Of a stretch of DNA of 64,000 nucleotides, positions 36,638-44,325 are shown piece after piece. Source of the stretch: an uncultured bacterium (GTDB lineage: Bacteria > Patescibacteriota > Saccharimonadia > UBA4664); contig CAVUEQ010000001.1 in NCBI GenBank assembly GCA_963740635.1, positions 657,026-721,025 on the forward strand, given 5' to 3'. The translations under genes were made by a program, and so were the position numbers. The notes under the pieces are model-generated. The model did no database searches. It had not been told where the DNA came from and worked only from the letters and a program-made list of their open reading frames with translations. The first letter of the stretch is position 1, and each line of letters begins with the position of its first letter.

Positions 36638-36712
36638 TGGCTGGGGCGCTAGGATTCGAACCTAGGATCTCTTGAGCCAGAATCAAGCGCCTTACCACTT
36701 GGCCACGCCCCA
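36638..36712 (-). tRNA. tRNA-Gln (anticodon CUG), CCA encoded
   Basis: 75-nt reverse-strand sequence TGGGGCGTGGCCAAGTGGTAAGGCGCTTGATTCTGGCTCAAGAGATCCTAGGTTCGAATCCTAGCGCCCCAGCCA. 7-bp acceptor stem, anticodon stem CTTGA/TCAAG with loop TTCTGGC, and T-arm CCTAG-GTTCGAATC-CTAG(G). Confidence 0.9.
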
Positions 36713-36756
36713 TTGAATTGTGTGCCGCCTGCGCGACCGTATTATGTTACAAGAAT

Positions 36757-37227
36757 TTATGTCTTCGGTAAAGATTGCCGGCGGGGGCGGAGGCGTTTGA
36801 GCTGGGGCCAAGCCCGGCGCAGGATGCCGGCGCCGTACACCAGGAAAACCAGGAAGGCCGAAATCCAGGCGATGGCGTCTTCGGAGGCGTCGATGTTGTA
36901 GCGGGCGGTGAGGTGGACCCACATGCCGAATTCGTCGAAGGATAGGGCCAGGCCGACGCCGTAAAAGTAGGCCTGCAAGCGGCGGCCCTTGTTTACGGTG
37001 ATGGCGATGAAGCCGACGATGGCGAGCACGAAAAAGCCGTAAATGAAATGGTGGACGTGAGTGCCGCGCACGTGGAGGAACAAATACGGATAGCGCGCCA
37101 CGAGGAACCGGGCCATCCAGAAGGTCGGCAGGAAGCCCACGAGCACCCAGAACGGGATTTGCTTGCGCCGGTTGAGGATGAGCTCATTAAGTGCGAAGCG
37201 GAAGGGCTTCAGGAATTTGCGTGCCAT
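36757..37227 (-). CDS. Hypothetical membrane protein
   Basis: 156-aa ORF with about 4 TM helices, immediately downstream of sodX. Confidence 0.5.
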   Translation of the reverse strand: MARKFLKPFRFALNELILNRRKQIPFWVLVGFLPTFWMARFLVARYPYLFLHVRGTHVHHFIYGFFVLAIVGFIAITVNKGRRLQAYFYGVGLALSFDEFGMWVHLTARYNIDASEDAIAWISAFLVFLVYGAGILRRAWPQLKRLRPRRQSLPKT

Positions 37228-37229
37228 GG

Positions 37230-37616
37230 TTACAGTTTAGCAATTATTACGGCCTCGATGTCGGCGAGCGGGACGGGGCCGAACTGGCGCGAATCGCTGG
37301 AGCGGGCGGCGTTGTCGCCGAGCAGCGTGGCTTGGCCGGCGGTGACGGCGGCCAGGCGCTTGATGAGCGGCCGGCCGGCGTGCGTGGCCACCACCGCCTG
37401 GCCGGGCCGGGGCCGGCGGAACCAGCGCAGGCCCAGCAGGAGGTCGCCCGGCCGGTAGCTGGGCAGCATGCTGTCGCCGGCTACCCGGTAGAGGCCGAGG
37501 GGCCAGAGGCGCGCGGGCGCCACGGAGCGGATTATTCCGAGTGCAGCCAGCGGTGTCTGCGGTCGCCTTTGCGACCGAGTTCGCTGGCCAGCGAGGAATG
37601 ATTCGCGCAGGGGCAC
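37230..37616 (-). CDS. sodX: Ni-SOD maturation protease (S26 signal-peptidase-like)
   Basis: 128-aa ORF: RVAGDSMLPSY.PGDLLL...IKRL...LLGDN...S.DSR.FG. Adjacent to sodN. Confidence 0.75.
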   Translation of the reverse strand: MPLRESFLAGQRTRSQRRPQTPLAALGIIRSVAPARLWPLGLYRVAGDSMLPSYRPGDLLLGLRWFRRPRPGQAVVATHAGRPLIKRLAAVTAGQATLLGDNAARSSDSRQFGPVPLADIEAVIIAKL

Positions 37617-37617
37617 A

Positions 37618-38019
37618 CTATTTGGCCGCCTGTTTGGTGGCGTCGAAGACCGTAGTGATTTCGGCGATGAGCGCCAGCAGCTTTTCGCCTTCGGCGGGCT
37701 CGTGATGGTGCTTGGTCTCCCCCGCCTGTTTGGTGGCGCGCCATATGAGGTCGTGCAGGTCCGGGTGTGCGGCGAGATGCTCGGGCTTGAAGTAGTCGGT
37801 CCACAGCACCCACAGGTGATGCTTCACCATTTCGGCGCGGGATTCCTTGATGATGAGCGAGCGGACGCGGAAATCGGGGTCGGGATTGTCCGCCATTTTT
37901 TTCATGATGGCGAGCACCAATTCGGCCTCAATACGGGCCTGGGCCGGGTCATAGACGCCGCAGGGCAGGTCGCAGTGAGCATAGACAGTTTTGGCGGGCA
38001 GCAAGTGCAGTAAACTCAT
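37618..38019 (-). CDS. sodN: Nickel superoxide dismutase precursor
   Basis: GGAGG-N6-ATG at 38019 gives a 14-aa propeptide MSLLHLLPAKTVYA followed by the Ni-hook HCDLPCGVYDP. Confidence 0.9.
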   Translation of the reverse strand: MSLLHLLPAKTVYAHCDLPCGVYDPAQARIEAELVLAIMKKMADNPDPDFRVRSLIIKESRAEMVKHHLWVLWTDYFKPEHLAAHPDLHDLIWRATKQAGETKHHHEPAEGEKLLALIAEITTVFDATKQAAK

Positions 38020-38134
38020 AATTTCCTCCATATTCTGCTGCTAATTATACGCCGAGAATAGATGCGTAGCGGTGCTCAAAAATGCCAACATAAGCGGCTT
38101 GAATGGTGATGATGCTTACGTTTATACTAAAACT

Positions 38135-39280
38135 ATGATTCGTGTGATGGATGGAGTGCGTCCAACGCCTTCGCGGCTTCGTGCGGTGACCCTGCCGAGG
38201 CCGGGTGTGGGCGCGCGCCGCCGCGAAGTGGTGGCCGCCTCGCAAATGGTGGCCGCCAGCACCGGCTACGTGATGGGCCTGGACGGCGTGCGGCGGCCGG
38301 CGCGCACGTCGCCGCGGGCGGTCGTGGGCGCCATGCAGGCTTCGGCGACGCCGCCGATGCCCGCGATGGCGCCGGCGGCGGCGCTGCCTGAGGCCCGGAG
38401 TCCGCTGGCCGGCTGGCGGCGGCCGGCGATCGCGTTTGGGTTGGTGGCCATGGCGCTGGTGGCGTCGGGCGGGGTGGCGGTGCGGCTGGCGAGCAACGGC
38501 TCGACCGCGCGTGCGGCTGCCGAGGCGCCCAAGCCGGCAGCCACCGTGGCTCCGGCAGTGGCGCCCACGGCCACGCCGGTACCCCAGAAGACCGGTCTCC
38601 AGCAATTACTCACGGATTTCGCGGCCGGCAACCCGGGCAAATTCGGCATTGTGGTGAAGGACTTAGCCACCGGCGAGACGGCCGGCATTAACCCCGACCA
38701 GCAGATGGAAAGCGCCAGCTTGTATAAATTGTTCGTGGCCCAGCGCATTTACCAGCAGATCGACCTGGGCCAGCTCACTTACGGCAAAGCGGCCGGCGGC
38801 GGCACGGGGCGCAACATTCAGGATTGCCTGCGGGTGATGATCAACATTTCGGACAACGATTGCGGCCGGGCGCTGGGAACGATCCTTGGCTGGGGGGCGC
38901 AAAACCAGGCGCTGGCGATCGAAGGCTACAAAGCAACCAATCTGGCCACTCCGCAAAAAACCTCGGCCGGCGACGTGGCTACATTGCTCAGCCGGCTGTA
39001 CACCGGCACCCTCGTGTCGGCCAACTCGACCAACGGCTTCATGGGGCTGCTCAAAGACCAGCGTGTGAACAACCGGCTGCCGGTGGGTCTGCCCACGGGC
39101 ACAGTGATTGCGCACAAGACCGGCGACCTCGACGGCTTCGTCCACGACGCCGGCATCGTATACGGACCCAAGACCAACTACCTGGTGGTGGTCACCAGCG
39201 GGCCGTGGAACACACCCGGCAGCGCGCCGGCCCAGTTTGCAAAGCTGTCGGGCCAACTCTGGAATTATTTCGAACAATAG
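38135..39280 (+). CDS. Membrane-anchored class A beta-lactamase-like serine hydrolase
   Basis: SxxK (SLYK), SDN (ISDND) and KTG (HKTGD) motifs. Ala/Pro-rich linker and one TM helix. TATACT-N6-ATG supports the start at 38135 (ORF track start is 38072). Confidence 0.7.
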   Translation: MIRVMDGVRPTPSRLRAVTLPRPGVGARRREVVAASQMVAASTGYVMGLDGVRRPARTSPRAVVGAMQASATPPMPAMAPAAALPEARSPLAGWRRPAIAFGLVAMALVASGGVAVRLASNGSTARAAAEAPKPAATVAPAVAPTATPVPQKTGLQQLLTDFAAGNPGKFGIVVKDLATGETAGINPDQQMESASLYKLFVAQRIYQQIDLGQLTYGKAAGGGTGRNIQDCLRVMINISDNDCGRALGTILGWGAQNQALAIEGYKATNLATPQKTSAGDVATLLSRLYTGTLVSANSTNGFMGLLKDQRVNNRLPVGLPTGTVIAHKTGDLDGFVHDAGIVYGPKTNYLVVVTSGPWNTPGSAPAQFAKLSGQLWNYFEQ

Positions 39281-39310
39281 TTATCTGCGAAAATCTATTT
39301 TTGTAAAAAT

Positions 39311-39342
39311 AGGTATCAATTATATGCATATAAAATATACCT
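39311..39342. repeat. 32-bp AT-rich palindromic element, copy 1
   Basis: AGGTAT-CAATT-ATATGCATAT-AAAAT-ATACCT. Second copy at 50534..50565. Confidence 0.8.
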
Positions 39343-39373
39343 AAAATGTCCCCTGCGGATGCTTTCCCTATTT

Positions 39374-40168
39374 CTAATTTGTAATAAATATTGGCAGCGC
39401 CTGCGGGTAGGTGGCGTTAATAAGGGCCAGATATAAGACCAGGTCGACAGTGAGATGAATAGTTATGACATATAAGAGCGACTCTGTGCGCTTGAAAATG
39501 TAGCCCTGCAGCAGCGTGAACGGGATGAGGCCCAGCGGCGCCCAGCCGCGGAACCCGAGCTCGTACAGGAAGGTGGTGAAAATAATGGACTGGGCGAGGT
39601 TGGCCCACACGAACGGCAGGTAGTGACGGAAGACGCCGAGGATCGTGTTCACGAAAAACAGCTCGTCCCACACGCCCACGACGGCGCAGGCCACGCCGAG
39701 CGCGATGAGACTGGCGGGGTCGGGGCCAACCTGCCAGTTGTGATACGCGCCGGTGGAGCTGAAATAGTAAGGCATGATCAGATACGCGAATAGGCCCCAC
39801 GTCAGGATGTAGAAAACCTCGGCGCGGTACCAGTGGCGGCCCTGGTGGAAGCGGAAGGTAATGACGCGGTCGTCCCAGTACCGGCGCAGGATGTAGGCCG
39901 GCAGAATGGCCGCTGGTATGAGAAACAAACTCATGCGCAGGACGTGGCCGGCGCCGAGATTGGTGCTCACGGGCGCCAGGGCGAGCAAGGCGAGGGCGCC
40001 GAGGATCACGAGCAGGCGGCGGCGGAACGGGTCGTTTTGCGACCAGGTGAACACGGCCGCCGCTAGCAGAAGCGACCATCCGAAGACGCGCCAGTGCAGC
40101 ACCAGGATGTCTATCTCAGCCAGGCAAGCCAGCGCGATGACGATGCGGGCGGCGAGGCGCTCACTCAT
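39374..40168 (-). CDS. CPBP-family (CAAX-like) intramembrane protease-like protein
   Basis: Start MSERLAARI at 40168 (ATGAGTGA overlap with the trmD stop). Polytopic, with WDELFF, a later FxxxYE and HLTVD motifs. The N-terminal part of track ORF 39374..40615 is a shadow of trmD. Confidence 0.6.
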   Translation of the reverse strand: MSERLAARIVIALACLAEIDILVLHWRVFGWSLLLAAAVFTWSQNDPFRRRLLVILGALALLALAPVSTNLGAGHVLRMSLFLIPAAILPAYILRRYWDDRVITFRFHQGRHWYRAEVFYILTWGLFAYLIMPYYFSSTGAYHNWQVGPDPASLIALGVACAVVGVWDELFFVNTILGVFRHYLPFVWANLAQSIIFTTFLYELGFRGWAPLGLIPFTLLQGYIFKRTESLLYVITIHLTVDLVLYLALINATYPQALPIFITN

Positions 40169-40856
40169 GGGCGGGCTCGTGGCCTGAGAGGTCCGGGCGG
40201 AATTTGGCGGTTTTGGCGCGGGCCTGGGTGCGTCGCCACTTCTCGATCTCGGCGTGGTGGCCGTTTTGGAGCACTTCCGGCACGGACTCGCCCCGGAATT
40301 CCACCGGGCGGGTGTAGTGCGGGTACTCGAGGAGCGCCGGGTCGGAAAACGATTCGTCGTGGGCCGACTGCTCGCCGCCCAGCACGCCCGGAACGAGGCG
40401 GATGACGGAGTCGGCGATGACCATGGCCGGCAGCTCGCCGCCCGTGAGCACATAGTCGCCGATGGAGATCTGGTCGTCCACGTAGCTGAAGATGCGCTCG
40501 TCGAAGCCCTCGTAGTGGCCGGCGAGCAGGATGAGGCCGGGCAGCTGTGCGTACTGGTGGGCCGCGGCCTGAGTGTAGCGGTGGCCGGCCGGCGTGAGGA
40601 CCACCACGGGGGCACCGGGGTTGCCCCGGCGGGCGGCCTCGATGGCAGCCACCACCGGCTCTACGCGCAGCACCATGCCGTCGCCGCCGCCATAGGGCGT
40701 GTCGTCCACGGTGCGGCGCGGGCCCAGGCCATACTCGCGCAGGTCTATGAGGTTAATCTGGGCCAGGCCTTTGTCCTGAGCCTTGGCGATCATACTCATA
40801 TCAAACGGGCCTTTGAACATGTCGGGAAAGAGCGTAATAATGTCGACGCGAAACAT
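40161..40856 (-). CDS. trmD: tRNA (guanine37-N1)-methyltransferase
   Basis: 231-aa ORF: MFRVDIITLFPDMF...IDLR.Y......VDD.PYGGG.GMV...SIGDYVLTGGELPAMV. Confidence 0.92.
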   Translation of the reverse strand: MFRVDIITLFPDMFKGPFDMSMIAKAQDKGLAQINLIDLREYGLGPRRTVDDTPYGGGDGMVLRVEPVVAAIEAARRGNPGAPVVVLTPAGHRYTQAAAHQYAQLPGLILLAGHYEGFDERIFSYVDDQISIGDYVLTGGELPAMVIADSVIRLVPGVLGGEQSAHDESFSDPALLEYPHYTRPVEFRGESVPEVLQNGHHAEIEKWRRTQARAKTAKFRPDLSGHEPAHE

Positions 40857-40901
40857 GCTTATACTATGCCATAAATCGAGCCTGCATACGATGCCATCTG
40901 G

Positions 40902-41471
40902 CTATGGGAGCTTCGTTAAGTGCTGGCCATACTTTTCGGCCTGCACTTTGTACCATTCGTTATACCCTATCACCCACTCGACCTCGTCCGGCTTGAGGCT
41001 GTCCGGGTAAGTGTGGCCCGGGCTACTCCACAGGCCACGGGTGTACACCCGCTCCTTTATGCGTTCATGGTTGTCATCATAGAGAAATGTGACGTGCAAC
41101 TTGAGGTGCGAGAAGCGTTTTAGCAGGACGGGAATCAGTGCCGGGGTGACGGCAATCCCTTCGAGTACAAGCCGGTCCCAGGGGAGAGCGACCTCGAGCA
41201 GCACCAGCACTCCCTTTTGCGTGTCCTGCGCTTGAGCAATCTCCTCGGCCAGCATCTTCGCTGGGGTATCGAATACGGCGTAATACTCTGCGGCCGTCTG
41301 CTGTTGGCCGGTGTAGAGGTGGCCGGTCTCGTCGGGCGCGCCCACGCCCCGCATCCAATCCCGGATGTTGTCGGTGGACATCACGACGGCGTGCTCACGA
41401 GTGGCAAGTTTGGCGGCCAAAGTGGTTTTACCGGTGAGCGGTGCGCCCCCGATGAGAAATAGCTTGTTCAT
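40902..41471 (-). CDS. P-loop NTPase/kinase-like protein
   Basis: 189-aa ORF with the Walker A motif GGAPLTGKTT. Confidence 0.55.
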   Translation of the reverse strand: MNKLFLIGGAPLTGKTTLAAKLATREHAVVMSTDNIRDWMRGVGAPDETGHLYTGQQQTAAEYYAVFDTPAKMLAEEIAQAQDTQKGVLVLLEVALPWDRLVLEGIAVTPALIPVLLKRFSHLKLHVTFLYDDNHERIKERVYTRGLWSSPGHTYPDSLKPDEVEWVIGYNEWYKVQAEKYGQHLTKLP

Positions 41472-41485
41472 ATTAGTGAGTAAAT

Positions 41486-41917
41486 TTAGAGGTCGAGGTC
41501 GTCGAGGTCGGCGAATTCGCGCTTGGTGCGGGCCAGCATTTCGGCCTCGGCGTCGGTTTGCGGGGCGGCCGGGGCGGTTTCGGGGGCCTCGGCGGCTCGG
41601 GGCTCGTCGGAGCCATAGGCGGCCGGGGCCGGTGCGGCGCCCTCGGCGGCGGCCGGTGCGTGCTCGCTGCCTTCGGGCTCAATGATCTTGAGGTTCACGC
41701 GAGCGTCGTTGCGGCTGCCCAATACGCGCAGCAGGGTGCGGATGCTCTTGGCGGTGGCGCCGGCCTTGCCGATTACCTTGCCCATGTCTTCGGGGTTCAC
41801 CAACAATTCGAGCAACACGCCCATGTCATCCACCAACCGCTTCACCTCGACATCGTCGGGGTGGTTAACCAATGCTTTCACTACGTATTCTACAAATTCC
41901 TTATCCATGTCCGGCAT
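41486..41917 (-). CDS. KH-domain RNA-binding protein (YlqC/KhpA-like) with an Ala/Pro/Glu-rich C-terminal tail
   Basis: VEYVVKALVNHPDDVEV...GKVIGKAGATAKSIRTLL, followed by a ~60-aa low-complexity tail. Confidence 0.8.
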   Translation of the reverse strand: MPDMDKEFVEYVVKALVNHPDDVEVKRLVDDMGVLLELLVNPEDMGKVIGKAGATAKSIRTLLRVLGSRNDARVNLKIIEPEGSEHAPAAAEGAAPAPAAYGSDEPRAAEAPETAPAAPQTDAEAEMLARTKREFADLDDLDL

Positions 41918-41980
41918 ATCACCACTCCTTACAGAATTATGGATCTTGCGGACATCATACCATTTTTGGCGGACAACAAG

Positions 41981-42451
41981 CTATGCAGAGGGCTCTTCGG
42001 TGGCGCCGGCCTCGGCTTCTGCTTCGGCTTCCTCGGGCGATACTTCGGTGTAGGCCTCAGCTGGGACGGTCTCTTCGGCAGCGGGCGCGACAGGTACGCC
42101 GTCGGCCTTGGCTTCAGCCTTCTCTTCAGCCTTAGGAGCTTCCTCGGCCGGAGCTGCCTCTTCGGCCGGAGCTTCCACCGGCTTGGGGGCCTTAGTTTTG
42201 AGCACAACCCACTTGGGCAGCTCGACTTTTTCACGCATCAGGATCTTCACCATCGTGTTCGAGGGCTGGGCTCCATTTGCGAGCAGTTTGGCAATTTCGT
42301 CGCGCTTGAGCACGGTGGCTTTGGTGTGGGGGTTGTAGTGGCCCACGATGGCCACAAACTTGCCCGTAGCCGCGCGCGCAGATTCGGCCGCAACAATTCG
42401 GTAGGTGGGGTATTTACTGCGGCCGGCGCGGGCCAAGCGGATAACTAGCAA
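41981..42451 (-). CDS. rpsP: 30S ribosomal protein S16 with a long C-terminal extension
   Basis: TTG start. LVIRLARAGRSKYPTYRIVAAESARAATGKFVAIVGHYNP, then a ~70-aa Ala/Glu/Pro/Lys-rich tail. Confidence 0.9.
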   Translation of the reverse strand: MLVIRLARAGRSKYPTYRIVAAESARAATGKFVAIVGHYNPHTKATVLKRDEIAKLLANGAQPSNTMVKILMREKVELPKWVVLKTKAPKPVEAPAEEAAPAEEAPKAEEKAEAKADGVPVAPAAEETVPAEAYTEVSPEEAEAEAEAGATEEPSA

Positions 42452-42543
42452 AAAAGGTATTCCTGATAAGTGATTACAACGAAGTAGAGTTTACCTATTT
42501 AGGGGCATAAAGTCAACAGATATGAAAGGCTGGGGTCTGGACG

Positions 42544-44001
42544 TCACAGTGTATCAATCTCATCTAGCTGCTCTTTACTATAGCCGCCATAAATTAAGTT
42601 AATGCGAGTTCCAGGCGTCAACCGTGTGAGGGGTAGCTCAATCCCGTTGCGATCCTTAATTTTCCCTTTATAGGGATTTTGGAAGATCTGGGTGACCTCT
42701 TGACCCGCTTGTGTCTTCGCATGAATCGCGCCTTGAGTTCCGGCTGTATCAACTGAAAGGAGTGTGAGATTTGTCGTTGTACCCGGGCAGTAGTAGCTCG
42801 CCGCTCCAGCGTCGATAAGTTTGCAAAATCGGGGGTCTTGAGCCGACTCCTGGATAACGATTTTATATACGTAAACTTTATTCGTCCGGTTATCCTGCCT
42901 CCAGTAGTACGTAATTACACTGCCGGGCTTTGCGTAGAAAGAGTCAGATGATTTCCCGTCTGGTGTAAAGTACTTGGCTTGGCTCTGGTCTATTCTGGAA
43001 GCCTGCGTGTCGGTGGGGCCATCCAACGACATCGCAGCTATCTCGAAAGCTGGATCGCGACTAATTACCAGCATGTCCTTATCGACCCGGATATCTTGAT
43101 TGTAGACCTGCGCACTCGGCACCTGATATGTGAAGCATTGCTTCCCAGCCGCGTGATGAAGGAAATCTCTAGGCTTTGTACCGCCAGAGGCGTCATAGTG
43201 AAACCACCCACATAGTTGATAGTTTGTACCGATATAGAAGAATTCGACGTTGTCCTCTCGAGCGATAGCCTCGGGATCAATATGTTGCGCAGGGAGGTTT
43301 TTAAATGCATCCGCGATTTTGTCTGCTGTTTCCTGTAAATGGGGACCCATCACCCTATCCTGGTAGTGCCTCCAGGCGAGGGGGAAAGTAAAGTAAATGA
43401 AGAGAACGGAACACACGAAAAGTGCGGTAATAATTGCTAGCTCGCGCTTTCCGATATTAATGGGCGTTCCAATGGATCTACCGCCCAGACGAATTGCGGC
43501 ATAAATTGCTAGCCCTAGCTGTGAACAAATGATGAGATTTCTGGTCTGGATCAGTATATTGATAAGAATTTCGGGGCGTTGAAATGCGTATGAGTTGCTG
43601 AAGAGATGAGATAGGGTAGCCGCCAATTGACCAACGAGTACAAGTACCGCAATTTGTGCAACTTGTTTGTTGCGGAAAACACCCAAAAGTAACGCTACCA
43701 ATAGTACTAAGAACGGAATGATAAATAAGATTAACCCACCTAGCCAATTCGTTGGTGAACAGGTATCCACGAAACCTATAGCACAGGCATTGATAGGATA
43801 AATAGCCTGATGGAAACTGTATAGCAGTCTGGATGGTGGGAGGAGATAGGCTAGGGTGCCACAGAAAATCAATGCCGATATTGCTAGGGATAATTTGTTG
43901 TTTGTCGGCGAGTTTGGCTTTGTCGGGATGGGGAGTTTTGTAGATTTGGAATAATTTTCCGGGTTTATCTCGGATGTGATTGTTGGTGGCGTCGTGTCCA
44001 T
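42544..44001 (-). CDS. Hypothetical polytopic membrane protein with a large extracytoplasmic C-terminal domain
   Basis: 485-aa ORF in a low-GC patch. No family recognised. Confidence 0.5.
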   Translation of the reverse strand: MDTTPPTITSEINPENYSKSTKLPIPTKPNSPTNNKLSLAISALIFCGTLAYLLPPSRLLYSFHQAIYPINACAIGFVDTCSPTNWLGGLILFIIPFLVLLVALLLGVFRNKQVAQIAVLVLVGQLAATLSHLFSNSYAFQRPEILINILIQTRNLIICSQLGLAIYAAIRLGGRSIGTPINIGKRELAIITALFVCSVLFIYFTFPLAWRHYQDRVMGPHLQETADKIADAFKNLPAQHIDPEAIAREDNVEFFYIGTNYQLCGWFHYDASGGTKPRDFLHHAAGKQCFTYQVPSAQVYNQDIRVDKDMLVISRDPAFEIAAMSLDGPTDTQASRIDQSQAKYFTPDGKSSDSFYAKPGSVITYYWRQDNRTNKVYVYKIVIQESAQDPRFCKLIDAGAASYYCPGTTTNLTLLSVDTAGTQGAIHAKTQAGQEVTQIFQNPYKGKIKDRNGIELPLTRLTPGTRINLIYGGYSKEQLDEIDTL

Positions 44002-44039
44002 TACTGCTTATGCTAGCATATGCAGCTCAGGGGATGTGG

Positions 44040-44324
44040 TTAGAACAAACGCCCGTCGAACAGTAATTGAGTCAGGAGCCAAAATGAAAGCCATGTTCCA
44101 AAAGTAATCGCAATTACCATGTTCACGACATGAACGTTGGTCAGGTGGCGGTTTTTTATAGCGAGGTAGACGCTCAAAATACTCGTCAGAACTGCTATGA
44201 AAATAGGGTAGACCCAACTGGGCAATGGTGAATGGGAGCCAATCAGTACAGCTGCCGCAAGTCCGAACAAAGCTGGGAGAACGTCAACTACTCGGAGGGT
44301 TTGGTTTTTAGAAGTTCTCTTCAT
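44040..44324 (-). CDS. Small 3-TM membrane protein
   Basis: 94-aa hydrophobic ORF starting 2 nt after the smc stop. Confidence 0.45.
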   Translation of the reverse strand: MKRTSKNQTLRVVDVLPALFGLAAAVLIGSHSPLPSWVYPIFIAVLTSILSVYLAIKNRHLTNVHVVNMVIAITFGTWLSFWLLTQLLFDGRLF

Positions 44325-44325
44325 A

